Shown here: one piece after another, positions 1 to 11,251 of the stretch
Layout: the number at the start of each line of letters is the position of its first letter
Position numbering within the stretch: position 1 is the stretch's first letter
Assembly (NCBI GenBank): GCA_050304755.1
Contig: JBNLED010000095.1
Location: forward strand, 7,635 to 71,634
From: Polyangia bacterium
GTDB lineage: Bacteria; Myxococcota_A; Polyangia; JAAYKL01
Length of the DNA stretch: 64,000 nt
Direction: 5' to 3'
Program-made: the position numbers and the translations under genes
Notes under the pieces: generated by a model
What the model was told of the DNA's origin: nothing
Databases searched by the model: none
What the model saw: only the letters and a program-made list of their open reading frames with translations

Positions 1-376
1 CCGGGAGGCCATCGAGACGATGGTGGCCACCGCCCAGAGCGGCAAGGACCGGACCGAGGAGGGGGTCAACACCATCTCCAACGCCGGCGCCGTGATGAAC
101 GACCTCAGCGAGGCCATCCGGGAGAACTCGGAGTTCGCCAATGTCATCGCCACCAACATCAAGCAGCAGACCGTCGGGCTCACCCAGATCGCCGCGGCCA
201 TCGAGGAGATCAACACGACGGCCCTCGAGAACCAGAGCATCAGCCGGAATATCGTGGACGGCACGAAACAGATGAACCACTCCCTGAGCCAGCTCTCCGA
301 CATGGTGGGGCGGTGGAAGACCCCTGAAACCACCAACAATGATATCACTCAACAGACCGCGGAGAAGGCCGGATGA
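1..376 (+). CDS. Methyl-accepting chemotaxis protein, C-terminal signalling-domain fragment (5' end outside window)
   Basis: Open frame from position 1. The sequence IATNIKQQTVGLTQIAAAIEEINTTALENQS is typical of the distal MCP signalling domain. TGA stop at 374-376 overlaps the next gene's ATG. Confidence 0.6.
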   Translation, partial: REAIETMVATAQSGKDRTEEGVNTISNAGAVMNDLSEAIRENSEFANVIATNIKQQTVGLTQIAAAIEEINTTALENQSISRNIVDGTKQMNHSLSQLSDMVGRWKTPETTNNDITQQTAEKAG

Positions 377-687
377 CCCTGATGGAGTTCACCATCATCC
401 CCCTCGACAAAGGGGACAGCTTCTCCTCCTACGTGGCCAGGATGCTCGACATCGTCGACCAGAGCGGCCTCGAATACCGGCTGACCCCCATGGGGACGGT
501 CGTGGAGGGGGCCTGGCCCGACCTCCTCTCGCTGCTGAACAGCTGCTTCTCCTCCATGCAGGAGGTCTCCGACCGCATCAGCCTGAACGTCAAATTCGAC
601 CACCGGAAGGGACGGGAGGGGCGCCTGACCGGCAAGGTGGAGAGCGTCAAGCAGAAGCTGGGACGGGATCTGAAATCAACCCCCTGA
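373..687 (+). CDS. MTH1187/YkoF-family (DUF77/UPF0045) small thiamine-binding-like protein
   Basis: 104 aa, MTLMEFTIIPLDKGDSFSSYVARMLDIVDQSGLEYRLTPMGTVVEG matches the MTH1187/YkoF ferredoxin-like fold family. GGAGAAGG RBS sits 4 nt upstream. ATGA overlap with the upstream MCP stop. Confidence 0.7.
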   Translation: MTLMEFTIIPLDKGDSFSSYVARMLDIVDQSGLEYRLTPMGTVVEGAWPDLLSLLNSCFSSMQEVSDRISLNVKFDHRKGREGRLTGKVESVKQKLGRDLKSTP

Positions 688-852
688 CCCGTGGGCCTCA
701 CGATAGGCCGTTGTCTCGACGATGGACCGCACAGTGTCATCGGTCAGCGGCGGCGCGGCGCAGAATTTCGGCTCCCCGCCGACATCCCGATACACGCCGT
801 CCAGAGCGACTCAGTCCGCCTCGGTACACCGAGGGTTTATCTCTTATCGCAT

Positions 853-2289
853 ATGGGGTACGCTGCCTCTTCCAAGAACGACAGCGTTACCGGCACCCCA
901 TCAGAAAAGGATTTTGTTGATGACGACGAAACGAAGCAGCGAGCTCACCTTGGCGGATCGATTGTCTCGTTTGGATTTGAAAGCGGCGAAGAAATTCCTC
1001 GGGGACGAGGCGGATCGGCTTCTCGCAAAGGGCGGCGCCGAGGAGATCTGTACTCCATCGTGGAGTTCGTTGACGACCGGCGGCTCGGTCCGGCGTTTCA
1101 GTTTTTCAATCGACACCGGGTGGTGGACGAGAAGGGGAAGGTGTTGGGTTTCGAGCGCCTCGATGAGCTGAGGGAAAAGTTGGCGCCTATATTCCTGCGC
1201 AGGACCCGCGCCTCGGTGTTGCAGGATCTGCCCCCGCGAACAACGAACGTCGTTCGCATCTCACCCACGGCGGAACAGAAGGAGCTCCACGACGGTCACA
1301 GGTTGACCGTTCAAACCATCATCAATAAACCCTATCTCACCGAGATGGATATGCTGCGGCTCCAGAAAGCCCTGCTCATGTGCCGTCTGGTTGCCGACAG
1401 CACGAGTCTCGTGGATGCCAAGGGGAAAAAAGGATACTCCAGCAAGTTGGAGCGACTGGAGGAAATCCTCACGGCGCTCGGCGAAGAGGGAGAGCGGAAG
1501 ATCGTCATCTTCTCGGAGTGGACGAAGATGCTGGATCTCATCGAGCCGCTCTTGGAGCGGGCCGGCATGGGATACGTCCGGCTGGACGGCTCGGTGCCCC
1601 AAAAGAAACGGCAGGTGCTCGTCAATCGATTCCAAAGAGACCCCGACACAAAGGTCTTCATCACGACCAACGCGGGCTCCACCGGGCTCAATCTCCAGGC
1701 CGCGGATACGGTCATCAACGTCGACCTTCCGTGGAACCCGGCGGTCCTGGAGCAGCGCATCGGCCGCGCCCATCGCATGGGCCAGAAGCGGCCGGTGCAG
1801 GTCTACCTGCTCGTCACCGAGGAGACCCTGGAGGAGAACCTGCTCGTCACCCTGTCGGCCAAGCACCAACTGGCGTTGGCCGCGTTGGACATGGAATCCG
1901 ATGTGGACGCTGTGGAGATTCAATCCGGTATGGAGGAGCTGAAGCGCCGGTTGGAGCTCCTTCTCGGCGCCGAACCCGAGGCCCCTTCCGATGAGATAGC
2001 CAGAGAACGGGCCGAAGCCGAGGCGGCCGTCCTGACGGAGAGGAAGGAGCGGGTCTCCAGGGCCGGCGGCGCGCTTCTCCAATCGGCCTTTGCGTTCCTA
2101 GGCGAGCTGCTTCCCGAGGCTCCGGAGACCGACGCGACGAGAGCGATGAAAGCGCAGCTCAAAGCAGGGCTCGAGGCGTGCGTCGAAAAAGATCCACAGG
2201 GCCGTCCGCAGCTCACCGTCACTCTGCCGAGCCCGGATGTGCTGGAAACGTTTGCCGAAGCCTTGTCCCGAATGGTCCCTCATGCGTGA
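853..2289 (+). pseudogene. SNF2-family helicase, C-terminal half only (end of SNF2_N plus Helicase_C); N-terminal DEXH ATPase lobe absent, so a truncated gene or remnant
   Basis: LAPIFLRRTRASVLQDLPP is the SNF2_N C-terminal motif. FSEWTKMLDLIEPLL...TNAGSTGLNLQAADTVINVDLPWNPAVLEQRIGRAHRMGQKRPVQVYLLV is the helicase C domain (motifs IV-VI). Only ~165 nt separate it from the upstream gene, no RBS is evident, and no upstream region encodes motifs I-III. The long ORF begins at 691 in frame and an alternative frame (722-1171) overlaps. Confidence 0.55.
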
Positions 2290-2674
2290 TCATTTCTGTT
2301 TTATCGTGGTGCTACAACCTTGATGCGGGAAAACCATCGGCGTCTGTACTCGAGATTGAGGGGATAGTAGCCAGAGTATTTCGCTCCCGGGCGGTCTGTT
2401 TCGGCTATCATCGCTTCTCTAACGAGGAAGGAGAGTAAGATCCCGGAGGACACCCACAAACGGCTGCAAACGCGAATCCCACGCCAGTACCGGATGTACT
2501 CGATTTTGGCTCCTCGACAGAATGTCCACTCTGACTCCGGGGGCAAAATCTCCGTTCACCCAGTACTGGCGCGGCCTTCGGCATTTTCGCTTCGTTTCTT
2601 CAGGAATTATTCGGTCTTATTCGGTCTAAAGTCGCGAGACCTCGGGATTTCCGATCGCCGATCCCCTTCCAGGG

Positions 2675-3682
2675 TTACCCATCCGGGGCGAGAGCCTCCC
2701 GGAGCCCCTCGCCCACCAGGTTGATGGAGATGAGGGTGAAGAACAGGAGGAGGCCGGGAAAGAGGGCCAGCCAGTACGCCCCCTCATTGTAGAAGGCGTC
2801 GGTGAGGAGCTGCCCCCAGCTGGGCACGGTGTTGGGCACGCCGAAGCCGAGGAAGCTCAGGGTGGACTCGATGAGGATCGCGCCGGCCACGCCGAAGGTG
2901 CCGGCGATGAGGGCCGGTCCGATGGCGGCGGGGAGCACGTGCCGTAAGAGGATGCGCAGGTTGCCAAGCCCCAGCGCCCGGGCCGCGATCACATACTCTT
3001 CGTTGACCACCCGGAGCACCTCCGCCCGGGTGAGGCGGGCCACGTCGGTCCAGCGGGTGAGTCCGATGACGAGGATCAGCTGGAGCACTCCCGTGGCGCC
3101 GATGAGCCCCTGGATGGCCAGGATGAGGAAGAAGGTGGGGAACGAGGTGAGGGTCTCGATGAGCCTGAGGGCCATACGATCGGCGATCCCCCCGAAATAT
3201 CCCGCGACGGCGCCGATAAACACCGCCACCAACAGATAGAGGGCGACGGAGCCGAGCCCCACCATCAATGCAGCCCGGGCGCCGTGGACCATCCGGGCCG
3301 CTACGTCCCTTCCCATATCGTCCGTGCCCAGCAGGTGACGCCGGCTGGGCGGCTCCAGGCGGCTGATCCGCCCCCCGACCTTGGTCTGGTTGGGACTATA
3401 GGGGATGGGCGGAAGGACCGCCCAACCATCGACATCCGTTTTGCGGTGGGTGAGCTTGGGCAGGATGACCACCTCCCCGTCAACAACAGACATCAGCGGT
3501 TTGTCCGACGCGATGATATCGGCGATCAGCGCCGTCACCCCCACCAGCCCGAGGAACACGAAGGCCGCGACGTTCATGGCCCCACCGAAATAACGACGCG
3601 CGAACGCGATGAGCCGCCGGGGACGCTTGGCGGGGATCTGGGGAGGGATCCCCTTCAGCCGCGTGAACAGGTTGCGGATCAT
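2675..3682 (-). CDS. Peptide ABC transporter permease, OppC/DppC family
   Basis: ILAIQGLIGATGVLQLILVIGLTRWTDVARLTRAEVLRVVNEEYVIAARALGLGNLRILLRHVLPAAIGPALIAG is the EAA-loop region of OppC/DppC. Start chosen at MIRNLF (ATGA overlap with the upstream permease stop); the ORF extends to 3799. Confidence 0.85.
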   Translation of the reverse strand: MIRNLFTRLKGIPPQIPAKRPRRLIAFARRYFGGAMNVAAFVFLGLVGVTALIADIIASDKPLMSVVDGEVVILPKLTHRKTDVDGWAVLPPIPYSPNQTKVGGRISRLEPPSRRHLLGTDDMGRDVAARMVHGARAALMVGLGSVALYLLVAVFIGAVAGYFGGIADRMALRLIETLTSFPTFFLILAIQGLIGATGVLQLILVIGLTRWTDVARLTRAEVLRVVNEEYVIAARALGLGNLRILLRHVLPAAIGPALIAGTFGVAGAILIESTLSFLGFGVPNTVPSWGQLLTDAFYNEGAYWLALFPGLLLFFTLISINLVGEGLREALAPDG

Positions 3683-5328
3683 CGCGCCTCCCCTCTCCCT
3701 GGCGTGATGCGCGGATCCAGCAACGCATATATCGCGTCCGCCGCCACCACACCGATCATCGTCATTATCGCGGTGACCGTCACCACCGCCATCAGCCACG
3801 GCTGATCCTGGGATCGGATGGCCTCGATGGTTTCATACCCCATTCCGTGGATACCGAAGATGCGTTCCACGATTACTGATCCGCTCACCAGATACGGAAT
3901 CTGCAACCCGAGCATGGTTACCACCGGGATGACGCCGTTGCGCAGCCCGTGACGCAAGATGGCCTTGCCCCGGCTGAGTCCCTTGGCCTGCGCTGCGCGC
4001 ATGTAGTCCAGGTTGATCACCTGGATCATCCCGAGGCGCTGGTAGCGGGTGAGCATGGCCAGGGAGACGGAGGAGAGGCACGCCACCGGGAGCACGAGAT
4101 GGTGCGCCATGTCGACCATGCGCTTCCAGGCGGACATCTCCCCGGAGAAGGGGCTGACGAGCCCCTGGGCCGGGAACCAATCGAAGTACTCCGCGCTGCT
4201 CAAGAAACGGATGAGCAGCACGGCGAGCCAGAAGGTGGGCAGCGAGTAGAGGACGAACACGATGAGCATCATCGACCGATCGAAGATCCCCCCGCGCCTC
4301 ACCGCCGAGATGATGCCGATGGGGATAGCGAGCAGGTAGGAGAAGGCGAGGCTGAGCACCGACAGCAACAGGGTGATGGGGAGCCGCTCCCCGAGCTTCT
4401 CGAGGATGGGGCGTCCGTCCTGTGTGGAGACGCCGAAATCAAAGGTGACGATGCGGCTGACCCAACGGAAATAACGCGTCTCCGTGACGGCGCCGATGAG
4501 CCGGTCACCGCCGTCGAACACGGTGTACTTGTCATAGCGCTTCGACCACCACCCCCGCCAGCGGTTCAGGACGTTCTCCCATTGCTCCCTCGACGCGCCG
4601 GGATCCAACGGATCATCGATCCCGGTGAGCTCGACGATGGTATCCACCACCCGCAGCTGCGCGTCCCGCGGCAGGTCCTCATCCAGGGCGCCGATCAGCG
4701 GCGGTAGGCAGAAGGTGTCGAGCCGGTAGATCTCCCGGAGCGCCAGCGGATCCTCCCGCCTCGTGATTCGCCTCACCAGGCGCTTGGCGCGGACCGCCTT
4801 GAAATCCTGACGGTGTATCTTCCAGTATCGCACCCAGAACTCCTTCGGACGCGGGGCCGCGGCGAGCTGATCGCCGATGCCGATCTTCCGCGAGATGCCG
4901 CTGAGCGCCGTGAGCAGGTGCTCCTGCTGCCTTCCGGACGCCTTTGTCAGTTGGGGCACCAGGTAGGGAAGCCACGCGCCCCCCTGTCTCTCGATGACCC
5001 GCTTGGCCCGCGCGGCGCGACGCTCATCCTTCAACTTGTCGACCTCTTCCATGGCGTGGGATCGCGCATCCTTGATGGAGAGGTTGAGGAACAGCGGCAG
5101 GTGGCGGTCGGGATAGCGGGAGCGGTCGTCAAACGAGGCGCTGTAGGACAGGGTGCTGGAGCGCCCGATGCGCCCCTCCTCAATGTCCCGGGTCCCCATA
5201 GCGAGGTTGAGCACGACGAAGGTCACCAGGCTAATCCCGAGGAGCGTGGGGATCGTGGCCAGCAGACGGCGGAAGAGATATCGTATCAATTCCGTGCTCC
5301 CTTCGAGAGCTCCCGCTCCTCTATCCAT
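3679..5328 (-). CDS. Peptide ABC transporter permease, OppB/DppB family, with a ~250-aa periplasmic insertion
   Basis: N-terminal LIRYLFRRLLATIPTLLGISLVTFVV and C-terminal MRAAQAKGLSRGKAILRHGLRNGVIPVVTMLGLQIPYLVSGSVIVERIFGIHGMGY are canonical OppB. 549 aa versus ~320 typical. A possible TTG start at 5289 would abut the SBP stop. Confidence 0.8.
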   Translation of the reverse strand: MDRGAGALEGSTELIRYLFRRLLATIPTLLGISLVTFVVLNLAMGTRDIEEGRIGRSSTLSYSASFDDRSRYPDRHLPLFLNLSIKDARSHAMEEVDKLKDERRAARAKRVIERQGGAWLPYLVPQLTKASGRQQEHLLTALSGISRKIGIGDQLAAAPRPKEFWVRYWKIHRQDFKAVRAKRLVRRITRREDPLALREIYRLDTFCLPPLIGALDEDLPRDAQLRVVDTIVELTGIDDPLDPGASREQWENVLNRWRGWWSKRYDKYTVFDGGDRLIGAVTETRYFRWVSRIVTFDFGVSTQDGRPILEKLGERLPITLLLSVLSLAFSYLLAIPIGIISAVRRGGIFDRSMMLIVFVLYSLPTFWLAVLLIRFLSSAEYFDWFPAQGLVSPFSGEMSAWKRMVDMAHHLVLPVACLSSVSLAMLTRYQRLGMIQVINLDYMRAAQAKGLSRGKAILRHGLRNGVIPVVTMLGLQIPYLVSGSVIVERIFGIHGMGYETIEAIRSQDQPWLMAVVTVTAIMTMIGVVAADAIYALLDPRITPGRGEAR

Positions 5329-6932
5329 CCGTCTCTCAGGACGATCCCCTCGAGCGTGTCTCTGACCAGCAGACTCTCGTAGGGCCGGAAGGTGAATGTC
5401 AGCGGTTGCTTGTTCCGAATCCGCCGGCCGATGGCGTCCATTAACACCCGCCGTCGCGAAAGCGCAGCTTCGACCTGTAACGAATCGAGCAGCTCATCCA
5501 TCTTTCGATCCCTGAACCCTCCGAAGTTGTCGAGCACGCCAATCGCCTCTGAATGAAGCAGGGACCAGGCATCGAAAACCGGCCGAACCAGGATGGAGAG
5601 CCCGGCGACATCGAACCGCCCCTCTCTGAGGCGGGAGACGAAGGCGCCCTGGCTCACCTTGACGATCTGCATGTCTATTCCCAGCGCCGAGAGATCCCCT
5701 TGGATGACCGCTGAGGTACGCTCGAGGTCACGCCGCAGGTCGGGGATCAGCAACGAGAAGCGGAAGTCCGTCCCCCGCCGATCGAGGACCCCGTCGTCGT
5801 CCCGATCCCGCCACCCCTCCTCTTTCAAGACCCTCAGCACCCCCTCCCGATCGAACGGCAGGGTCGGGGGCTCGGTGATATCGTCCCCCCGGAGCAACCA
5901 GGGATCCGTGACGAGATCAGCCCGACAGCGCATCATCGAGCAGCGAATGGTGTCGCGATCGATCAGGCTTCCGATGACCAGGCGGGCGGTGACATCCGAG
6001 AAGAGGGTGTGATTCGTGTTGTATAGCCACGACTCCAGGTAGGGTTGAGGACGGGTGAGTCGGTGTCCGCCTGAAACATCTGTCTTCGCGGTCGCGGACA
6101 GCCCGGGGATGATGTCGAGCTCCCCCTGGCGAAACATATCCACGGCGATGTGGTCATCGGGAACGACCCGATAGATGATCCGCGCCACCTTCGGAAGCCG
6201 GCCGCGCCAGTCTTCATTGCGCTCCAGCTCGATGAGACGGGAAGCCTCCCAGCGGACGAAGCGAAACGGTCCCGATCCCACCGGCGCCCGCGAGGCCGGG
6301 TGGAGCGCCAACGGGGTGCGGCCGTAGATGTGCTGCGGGAAGATCGGGACGTTGGAGAGGGCATACAGGAAATCCGGTGTTGGGCGGTCGAGGGCAATGG
6401 AGATGGTCAGGTCATCCGGCGTACTGACTTCACTGATGTGTGAGAATATGGTTGATGTCACCGTTCCGTAGGGGTCCGTAATCTTCGAGAGGACGAACGC
6501 CACATCGAACGATGTCACCGGGATGCCGTCGTGCCATCGGGCGTCCTCCACGAGATAGAAGGTATAGGTCGAGGTTCGGTCGTCGACCCGGAAGTCCTCG
6601 GCGAGCTCGGGCTCGATGGTCCGCCCGTCCTCCGAAACCCTCACCAATGCTTCCAGGATATCGTGATCGGTGATCTCTCTGATAATCGGATCGGAGTCAA
6701 TGAGGGAGAGCAGGCTCGTGGGCTCGCGGGGTATCCTGATGGTCACAGTGCTCAGCTCGGCCTGATGACCACGGCGGACAGGTTCCCTCGGAACCGCCTG
6801 CTCGGGCTTGCACTGGCACGGCGTCGAGGCGGTCGTCGATTCTCCGGTCGGCAGTCCATCGGCCGAGAAACACGATGATGACGCCCCCGCAATGAACAGG
6901 AGCCATGTCAGCTTGATCCGCTTCTTCATCAT
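5286..6932 (-). CDS. ABC transporter substrate-binding protein, family 5 (OppA/DppA-like)
   Basis: 548 aa with signal peptide MMKKRIKLTWLLFIAGASSSC (possible lipobox). Size and operon position upstream of the OppB/OppC genes fit SBP_bac_5. Confidence 0.75.
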   Translation of the reverse strand: MMKKRIKLTWLLFIAGASSSCFSADGLPTGESTTASTPCQCKPEQAVPREPVRRGHQAELSTVTIRIPREPTSLLSLIDSDPIIREITDHDILEALVRVSEDGRTIEPELAEDFRVDDRTSTYTFYLVEDARWHDGIPVTSFDVAFVLSKITDPYGTVTSTIFSHISEVSTPDDLTISIALDRPTPDFLYALSNVPIFPQHIYGRTPLALHPASRAPVGSGPFRFVRWEASRLIELERNEDWRGRLPKVARIIYRVVPDDHIAVDMFRQGELDIIPGLSATAKTDVSGGHRLTRPQPYLESWLYNTNHTLFSDVTARLVIGSLIDRDTIRCSMMRCRADLVTDPWLLRGDDITEPPTLPFDREGVLRVLKEEGWRDRDDDGVLDRRGTDFRFSLLIPDLRRDLERTSAVIQGDLSALGIDMQIVKVSQGAFVSRLREGRFDVAGLSILVRPVFDAWSLLHSEAIGVLDNFGGFRDRKMDELLDSLQVEAALSRRRVLMDAIGRRIRNKQPLTFTFRPYESLLVRDTLEGIVLRDGWIEERELSKGARN

Positions 6933-7136
6933 CTTCGTGGCCGTGGCTCCTCTCTCATCCCGTCGCCTATCGGACGTCCGAATTCTACTGTGATCGGTCC
7001 GGAAAATAAACTCTCCGCCGAAGTTCGGAGTCTTGTAATGTTACGGAAGCACTGTTCAGCCGCTGATTTTTGTGTTAAAACTCTATCGTTTCGGTATCGA
7101 AGAAAATGTTGCCTCACAAGGGGAAAGGAATTTGTG

Positions 7137-7325
7137 ATGGTGGAATATCAAGGGGCCAAGGTTTTTTCAGCCACGAAAGCAAAAGAGAGAGAAGACCTGG
7201 GCGAAAAGGTAACACAATGGTTGAAGGATAATCCCGGCTACAAATTGAAAGACACCGTGGTTCGTCAGAGCTCGGACAATGAGTTTCATTGTCTGACGAT
7301 AGTCGTCTTCTACGATTTCTCCTGA
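7137..7325 (+). CDS. Small hypothetical protein (62 aa)
   Basis: ATG preceded by AAGGGGAAAGGAA RBS. MVEYQGAKVFSATKAKEREDLGEKVTQWLKDNPGYKLKDTVVRQSSDNEFHCLTIVVFYDFS. No family recognised. Confidence 0.4.
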   Translation: MVEYQGAKVFSATKAKEREDLGEKVTQWLKDNPGYKLKDTVVRQSSDNEFHCLTIVVFYDFS

Positions 7326-7519
7326 TCGCCTGAGTCCGAATAAGATCAACTCGCGTATCGGGTATCGTAAAAGGGTCTTCTCACGAGATCCGACTTATTT
7401 TATCTTCTGAGAAAAGGCAGAACAGACCCTCGGAGGCGGCGTTTTGTTTTTGTAGGCGTTGCACGAGAACCTGCGAATACTCCCAAGGGGTCCCCGCCGC
7501 GGTAGGACGGCCTGAATTG

Positions 7520-8593
7520 TCAGCTGTTCTCTTCGGCTTTCAACGCCTCGGCCTGAAAGTTCGCTCTGATCTGGGAGATGAGATCGCCGATGTTCCCTGC
7601 CAGAATATCCGGGAGGCTGTGGAGGGTCAGCCCGAAGCGGTGATCCGTGACCCGCCCCTGTGGGAAGTTGTAGGTCCGGATCCGCTCGGAGCGATCCCCC
7701 GACCCGACCTGATTCTTGCGCGCCGCGGCCCGCTCCGCGTGCTGCTCGGCCTCCATCTTGTCGAGGAGACGCGCCCTCAACACCTTCATGGCCTTGGCGC
7801 GGTTCTTGTGTTGAGATTTCTCGTCCTGGCAGATGACCACCAGCCCCGTCGGGAGGTGGGTAATCCGCACCGCCGAATCCGTGGTGTTGACGCACTGCCC
7901 GCCGGGGCCGCTCGCCCGCATCACATCGATCCGCAGCTCCTTGTCCTCATCGATATCGAGCTCGACATCCTCCGCCTCGGGCAACACAGCGACGGTCACC
8001 GCGGAGGTGTGGATCCGCCCCTGGCTCTCGGTGGTCGGCACCCGTTGGACCCGGTGGACCCCGCTCTCGTACTTGAGGTGAGAGAAGACATCTTTACCGG
8101 AGATGGATGAGATGACCTCCTTGAAGCCCCCGCCGTCCGTCTCAGAGGCGCTCATCATCTCGGTCTTCCACCCCTTGTCCTCCGCGAACCGGCAGTACAT
8201 CCGGAAGAGATCGGCGGCGAACAGCGCTGCCTCCTCTCCCCCGGTTCCCGCGCGCACCTCCAAAATGACGTTCTTCTGGTCGTTGGGATCCTTCGGCAGC
8301 AGCAACAGCTTGATCTGCTCCTCCATCTTTTTTGAAAGGCGCTTCAGCTGGGGCAGCTCCGCCTCCGCGAGCTCGCGGAGATCCGCATCGTCACTGCCCA
8401 GCGCCTCCTCGTACTCCGAGATGTCGTCGAGGACCCCTTTCATCTCGCGATAGACGGCGACCAGCTCGTCCATCTCCGATCGTTCCCGCGACAGCTTGGT
8501 GAACTCTTCCCGGTTCGATATTATCGACGGGTCACACAGCTTCTTCTCGATATCTTCAAAACGGCTTTCAATTCTGGCAAGCTTGTCCAGCAT
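7520..8593 (-). CDS. prfA: Peptide chain release factor 1
   Basis: Full-length RF1: GGQ motif ([25 protein letters not shown]), PxT-type tripeptide motif ([15 protein letters not shown]), and conserved [22 protein letters not shown]. Confidence 0.95.
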   Translation of the reverse strand: MLDKLARIESRFEDIEKKLCDPSIISNREEFTKLSRERSEMDELVAVYREMKGVLDDISEYEEALGSDDADLRELAEAELPQLKRLSKKMEEQIKLLLLPKDPNDQKNVILEVRAGTGGEEAALFAADLFRMYCRFAEDKGWKTEMMSASETDGGGFKEVISSISGKDVFSHLKYESGVHRVQRVPTTESQGRIHTSAVTVAVLPEAEDVELDIDEDKELRIDVMRASGPGGQCVNTTDSAVRITHLPTGLVVICQDEKSQHKNRAKAMKVLRARLLDKMEAEQHAERAAARKNQVGSGDRSERIRTYNFPQGRVTDHRFGLTLHSLPDILAGNIGDLISQIRANFQAEALKAEENS

Positions 8594-9671
8594 AGCGTTC
8601 GATCTCCAACTGCTCCTTTGAACGGTTTCCGTTCGGTACCTTCAGGGGGTAGGCGTCTTCAAAGGCCGAGAAATCATCAAACAGCACCGGCTCATCCGAA
8701 GACGGGATGTCGCCCCCCACCTCTTCTCTCCAGAGGACGGCCCGGAGGGAGGCCAACGAAATCTCCAGCTGATCATCACTCGGTCGTTTGGTGGTGAGGA
8801 GCTGCATGCCGAGCCCGGGCCAGAGCAGCGGGCGAAGCAGGGGGTTGTTCGCGTGACGCCCCGCGAACCGGTTGAACTCATAGGCGATCCCCGCGACGGG
8901 GATGAGCAGGGGGAGCTTGACCAGGACTACGAGGAGGTGCCTCGTCCAAGAGGTCCCCTCCTGAGGTTTGACCCACTCCGGTAAAAACGGCATCGCGACC
9001 GCCGCGACCAACATGAAAATGATGATGACCACCATGAGGAAGGCCGTGCCGCAGCGCGGGTGCAGGGTGCTCTTCTTCCGGGCATACTCGACGGTCAGCG
9101 GCTCATCGGCTTCATACGTGTAGATCGCCATGTGCTCGGCCCCGTGATACTGGAAGACACGGGCGATATCCTTCGAGAGGCCGATGACGGCGACGTAGCC
9201 GATGAAGATGGAAAGCTTCACCCCGCCGTCGACGACGTGATACAACACATCGTCAACCGTAAGCGCGCGATCCATGAAGAGCTTCCCGGTGTAGGTGGCG
9301 GCCATGTGGGGGAGGAACTTGAAGAGCCCGATGGCGAAGAGAAGCCCGATGACCAGGGTAAAGGCCATGCCCGTGCTGCTCACCTCCTCGACCTTCTCCC
9401 CCTCCTTGGTCTGTTGCTCCGCCATGGCCTCCCGCGCGGAGAAGTTCAGCGCTTGCATGCCGTTGACCATCGCCTCGACCATGACCACGGTTCCCCTGAA
9501 GAACGGCCATTTGAGAAAGACCAGCCGGTCCCAGATGGATCGCCAGACGCCCTCCTTCAATGCTATCCTTCCGCTCTCTCGTCTCACGGCGATCGACATG
9601 CTCTTGGGGGATCTCATCATCACCCCTTCCAGCACTGCCTGGCCGCCCACATACGGTTTTTTTGGCTTCAT
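8568..9671 (-). CDS. DUF1385 (YqhQ-like) membrane-associated protein
   Basis: N-terminus [22 protein letters not shown] is the DUF1385 hallmark. Conserved position between rpmE and prfA. 3' end overlaps the prfA start by 26 nt. Confidence 0.75.
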   Translation of the reverse strand: MKPKKPYVGGQAVLEGVMMRSPKSMSIAVRRESGRIALKEGVWRSIWDRLVFLKWPFFRGTVVMVEAMVNGMQALNFSAREAMAEQQTKEGEKVEEVSSTGMAFTLVIGLLFAIGLFKFLPHMAATYTGKLFMDRALTVDDVLYHVVDGGVKLSIFIGYVAVIGLSKDIARVFQYHGAEHMAIYTYEADEPLTVEYARKKSTLHPRCGTAFLMVVIIIFMLVAAVAMPFLPEWVKPQEGTSWTRHLLVVLVKLPLLIPVAGIAYEFNRFAGRHANNPLLRPLLWPGLGMQLLTTKRPSDDQLEISLASLRAVLWREEVGGDIPSSDEPVLFDDFSAFEDAYPLKVPNGNRSKEQLEIERYAGQACQN

Positions 9672-9767
9672 ATTACTCGCATTCCTCTATCGCACATTCC
9701 GGCATCTCTTCATATGTAACGCATCTGGCAACCGAAAAAAGTATGGGGGTGAGAAAGCTGTGGGTCG

Positions 9768-9989
9768 CTAGGACGAGGTGGTCTTGTTGTTCGCGTATTT
9801 GCGCAGGAACCGCTCGACGCGGCCGGCCGAGTCCACCAGCTTCTGCTTACCGGTGTAGAAGGGATGACACTCGGAACAGATCTCGAGGTTCAGAGAGTCT
9901 CCTTTCACGGTAGAGCGGGTGGTGATTTCATTGCCGCAGACGCAACGTATCGTCACATCATGATAATCAGGGTGAATTTTGTCTTTCAT
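9768..9989 (-). CDS. rpmE: 50S ribosomal protein L31 (zinc-ribbon type)
   Basis: [50 protein letters not shown], CxC...CxxC zinc ribbon, 73 aa. Confidence 0.9.
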   Translation of the reverse strand: MKDKIHPDYHDVTIRCVCGNEITTRSTVKGDSLNLEICSECHPFYTGKQKLVDSAGRVERFLRKYANNKTTSS

Positions 9990-10000
9990 GACTTCCTCAT

Positions 10001-11251
10001 TTACTGGTTCATCGACTCCAAGAACTCTCGATTCGTCTTGGTCCGACGTAGCTTATCCAACAAGAACTCCATGGAGTCAATAACATTTAGGGGATGCAGG
10101 AGCTGCCGCAGCAGCCATACCCGCTGCAGCACGAAGTCCTCGAGCAGCAGCTCTTCTTTTCGCGTCGCGGAGCGGTTGATATCAAGGCACGGGAAGATGC
10201 GCTTCTCCATCAGCTTGCGATCCAGGTGGATCTCGCTGTTGCCCGTCCCCTTGAACTCCTCAAAGATCACCTCGTCCATCCGGGAGCCCGTGTCCACCAG
10301 GGCCGTGGCGATAATGGTGAGGCTGCCGCCGCCCTCGATGTTGCGGGCCGCGCCGAAGAACCGTTTCGGCTTGTGCAGCGCGTTTGAGTCGACACCACCG
10401 GAGAGGATCTTCCCCGACGGCGGGACGACGGTGTTGTAGGCCCGGGCGAGCCGGGTGATGGAGTCCAGGAGGATGACGACATCGTAGTTGTGCTCCACCA
10501 GGCGCTTGGCCTTCTCGATGACCATCTCCGCGACCTGTACGTGGCGCTGCGCGGGCTCGTCGAAGGTGGAGCTGATCACCTCGCCCTGAACGTTCCGCGC
10601 CATATCGGTGACCTCCTCCGGACGCTCGTCGATGAGCAGCACGTGGAGCTTCACGTCCGGATGGTTGGTCGATATCGAGTTGGCGACATCCTGCAACAGC
10701 ACGGTCTTACCGGCGCGCGGCGGAGAGACGATGATGCACCGCTGGCCCTTGCCGATGGGCGTGAGCAGATCGATGATCCGCGTGGAATCGTTCTGGTTCT
10801 CCGTGGTCTCCAGGTTGAAACGATCGTCCGGGTAGAGCGGGGTCAGATTGTCGAACAATATCTTCAGACGAGCGGCTTCAGGGGACTCGTGGTTGATGGA
10901 CTCCACTTTGAGCAGCGCGAAATATCGCTCCGACTCCTTCGGGGGTCTGATCTGTCCCGCGACGGTGTCTCCGGTGCGGAGGTTGAAACGGCGAATCTGT
11001 GAGGGAGATACATAGATATCATCGGGGCCGGGGAGGTAGTTATAGTCCGGCGCCCGCAGGAAACCGAAACCATCCGGCAGGATCTCGAGCACCCCCTCTC
11101 CGGAGATGACCCCGTTCTGCGCGGCCTGTGCCTGGAGAAGGGCGAAGATGAGCTCCTGTTTGCGCATCCCCGAAGCACCTTCGATGTTGTACTCGCGGGC
11201 CATCGCCGTGAGCTCGGAAATAGGTTTTCTTTTTAGATCTCTTAGATTCAT
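10001..11251 (-). CDS. rho: Transcription termination factor Rho
   Basis: N-terminal RNA-binding domain ([36 protein letters not shown]), Walker A (GKTVLLQD), C-terminal [32 protein letters not shown]. Start chosen at MNLRDLK with GAGGAAA RBS; the ORF extends to 11272. Confidence 0.95.
   Translation of the reverse strand: MNLRDLKRKPISELTAMAREYNIEGASGMRKQELIFALLQAQAAQNGVISGEGVLEILPDGFGFLRAPDYNYLPGPDDIYVSPSQIRRFNLRTGDTVAGQIRPPKESERYFALLKVESINHESPEAARLKILFDNLTPLYPDDRFNLETTENQNDSTRIIDLLTPIGKGQRCIIVSPPRAGKTVLLQDVANSISTNHPDVKLHVLLIDERPEEVTDMARNVQGEVISSTFDEPAQRHVQVAEMVIEKAKRLVEHNYDVVILLDSITRLARAYNTVVPPSGKILSGGVDSNALHKPKRFFGAARNIEGGGSLTIIATALVDTGSRMDEVIFEEFKGTGNSEIHLDRKLMEKRIFPCLDINRSATRKEELLLEDFVLQRVWLLRQLLHPLNVIDSMEFLLDKLRRTKTNREFLESMNQ

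Noticed and set aside
2290-2674. 385-nt convergent intergenic region considered for a structured ncRNA or bidirectional terminator
   Set aside because: Only very short hairpins (for example GCC-UUCG-GGC) were seen, with no convincing extended stem or U-tract and no match to motifs I can recall (tmRNA, SRP, RNase P, 6S).
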